17,390 bases of DNA, taken from contig CBDUKN010000029.1 in assembly GCA_965367815.1 (NCBI GenBank), positions 1 to 17,390 on the forward strand, written 5' to 3'. The translations under genes were made by a program, and so were the position numbers. The notes under the pieces were generated by a model. That model was not told the DNA's origin and made no database searches. It was given only the letters and a program-made list of their open reading frames with translations. Origin of the DNA: an uncultured Thermoprotei archaeon (GTDB taxonomy: Archaea > Thermoproteota > Thermoprotei > Thermofilales > B15-G2). Position 1 is the stretch's first letter. Every line of letters starts with the position of its first letter. Below are positions 17,315 through 17,390 of this stretch, piece by piece.

Positions 17315-17390
17315 CTGTCTCTTATACACATCTCCGAGCCCACGAGATCTCTCTACATCTCGTATGCCGTCTTCTGCTTGACAAAAAAAA
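17315..17390 (+). other. Illumina Nextera adapter read-through (technical artifact)
   Basis: CTGTCTCTTATACACATCT (Tn5 mosaic end, 17315-17333), CCGAGCCCACGAGA(T), index CTCTCTAC (17349-17356), ATCTCGTATGCCGTCTTCTGCTTG (P7), then A-run. Confidence 0.99.

Noticed and set aside
17315-17333. Tn5/IS50 end suggesting a transposon
   Set aside because: It is the synthetic mosaic end followed by Illumina index and P7 sequence.

Overview
Archaeal-looking accessory island (inferred Thermoproteota, Thermofilaceae-like, from gene content and BRE/TATA promoters) at the end of a sequencing contig. It is dominated by toxin-antitoxin/defence modules and gene debris. Contents: intact AbiEi antitoxin with a broken AbiEii toxin; an ABC/AAA_15-type ATPase coupled to a small PD-(D/E)xK-like protein; two intact PIN (VapC) TA pairs; two DUF433 antitoxin-like genes whose PIN partners are reduced to stubs; a retropepsin-like protease; a membrane protein; a sulfatase-fold hydrolase lacking the Cys/Ser motif; an RNA ligase-like protein; an MNT-HEPN-like fusion; an ACT-V4R protein; and several pseudogene fragments. 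The most intriguing element is an RNase H-fold (DUF3800-like) gene at 7083-7676 overlapped at its 3' end by a GC-rich, ~85-nt antisense RNA candidate that has its own promoter, two K-turn-like motifs and an oligo-U terminator. The last 76 nt are Illumina Nextera adapter, not biology. All family calls come from motif recognition by eye; no database searches were run.
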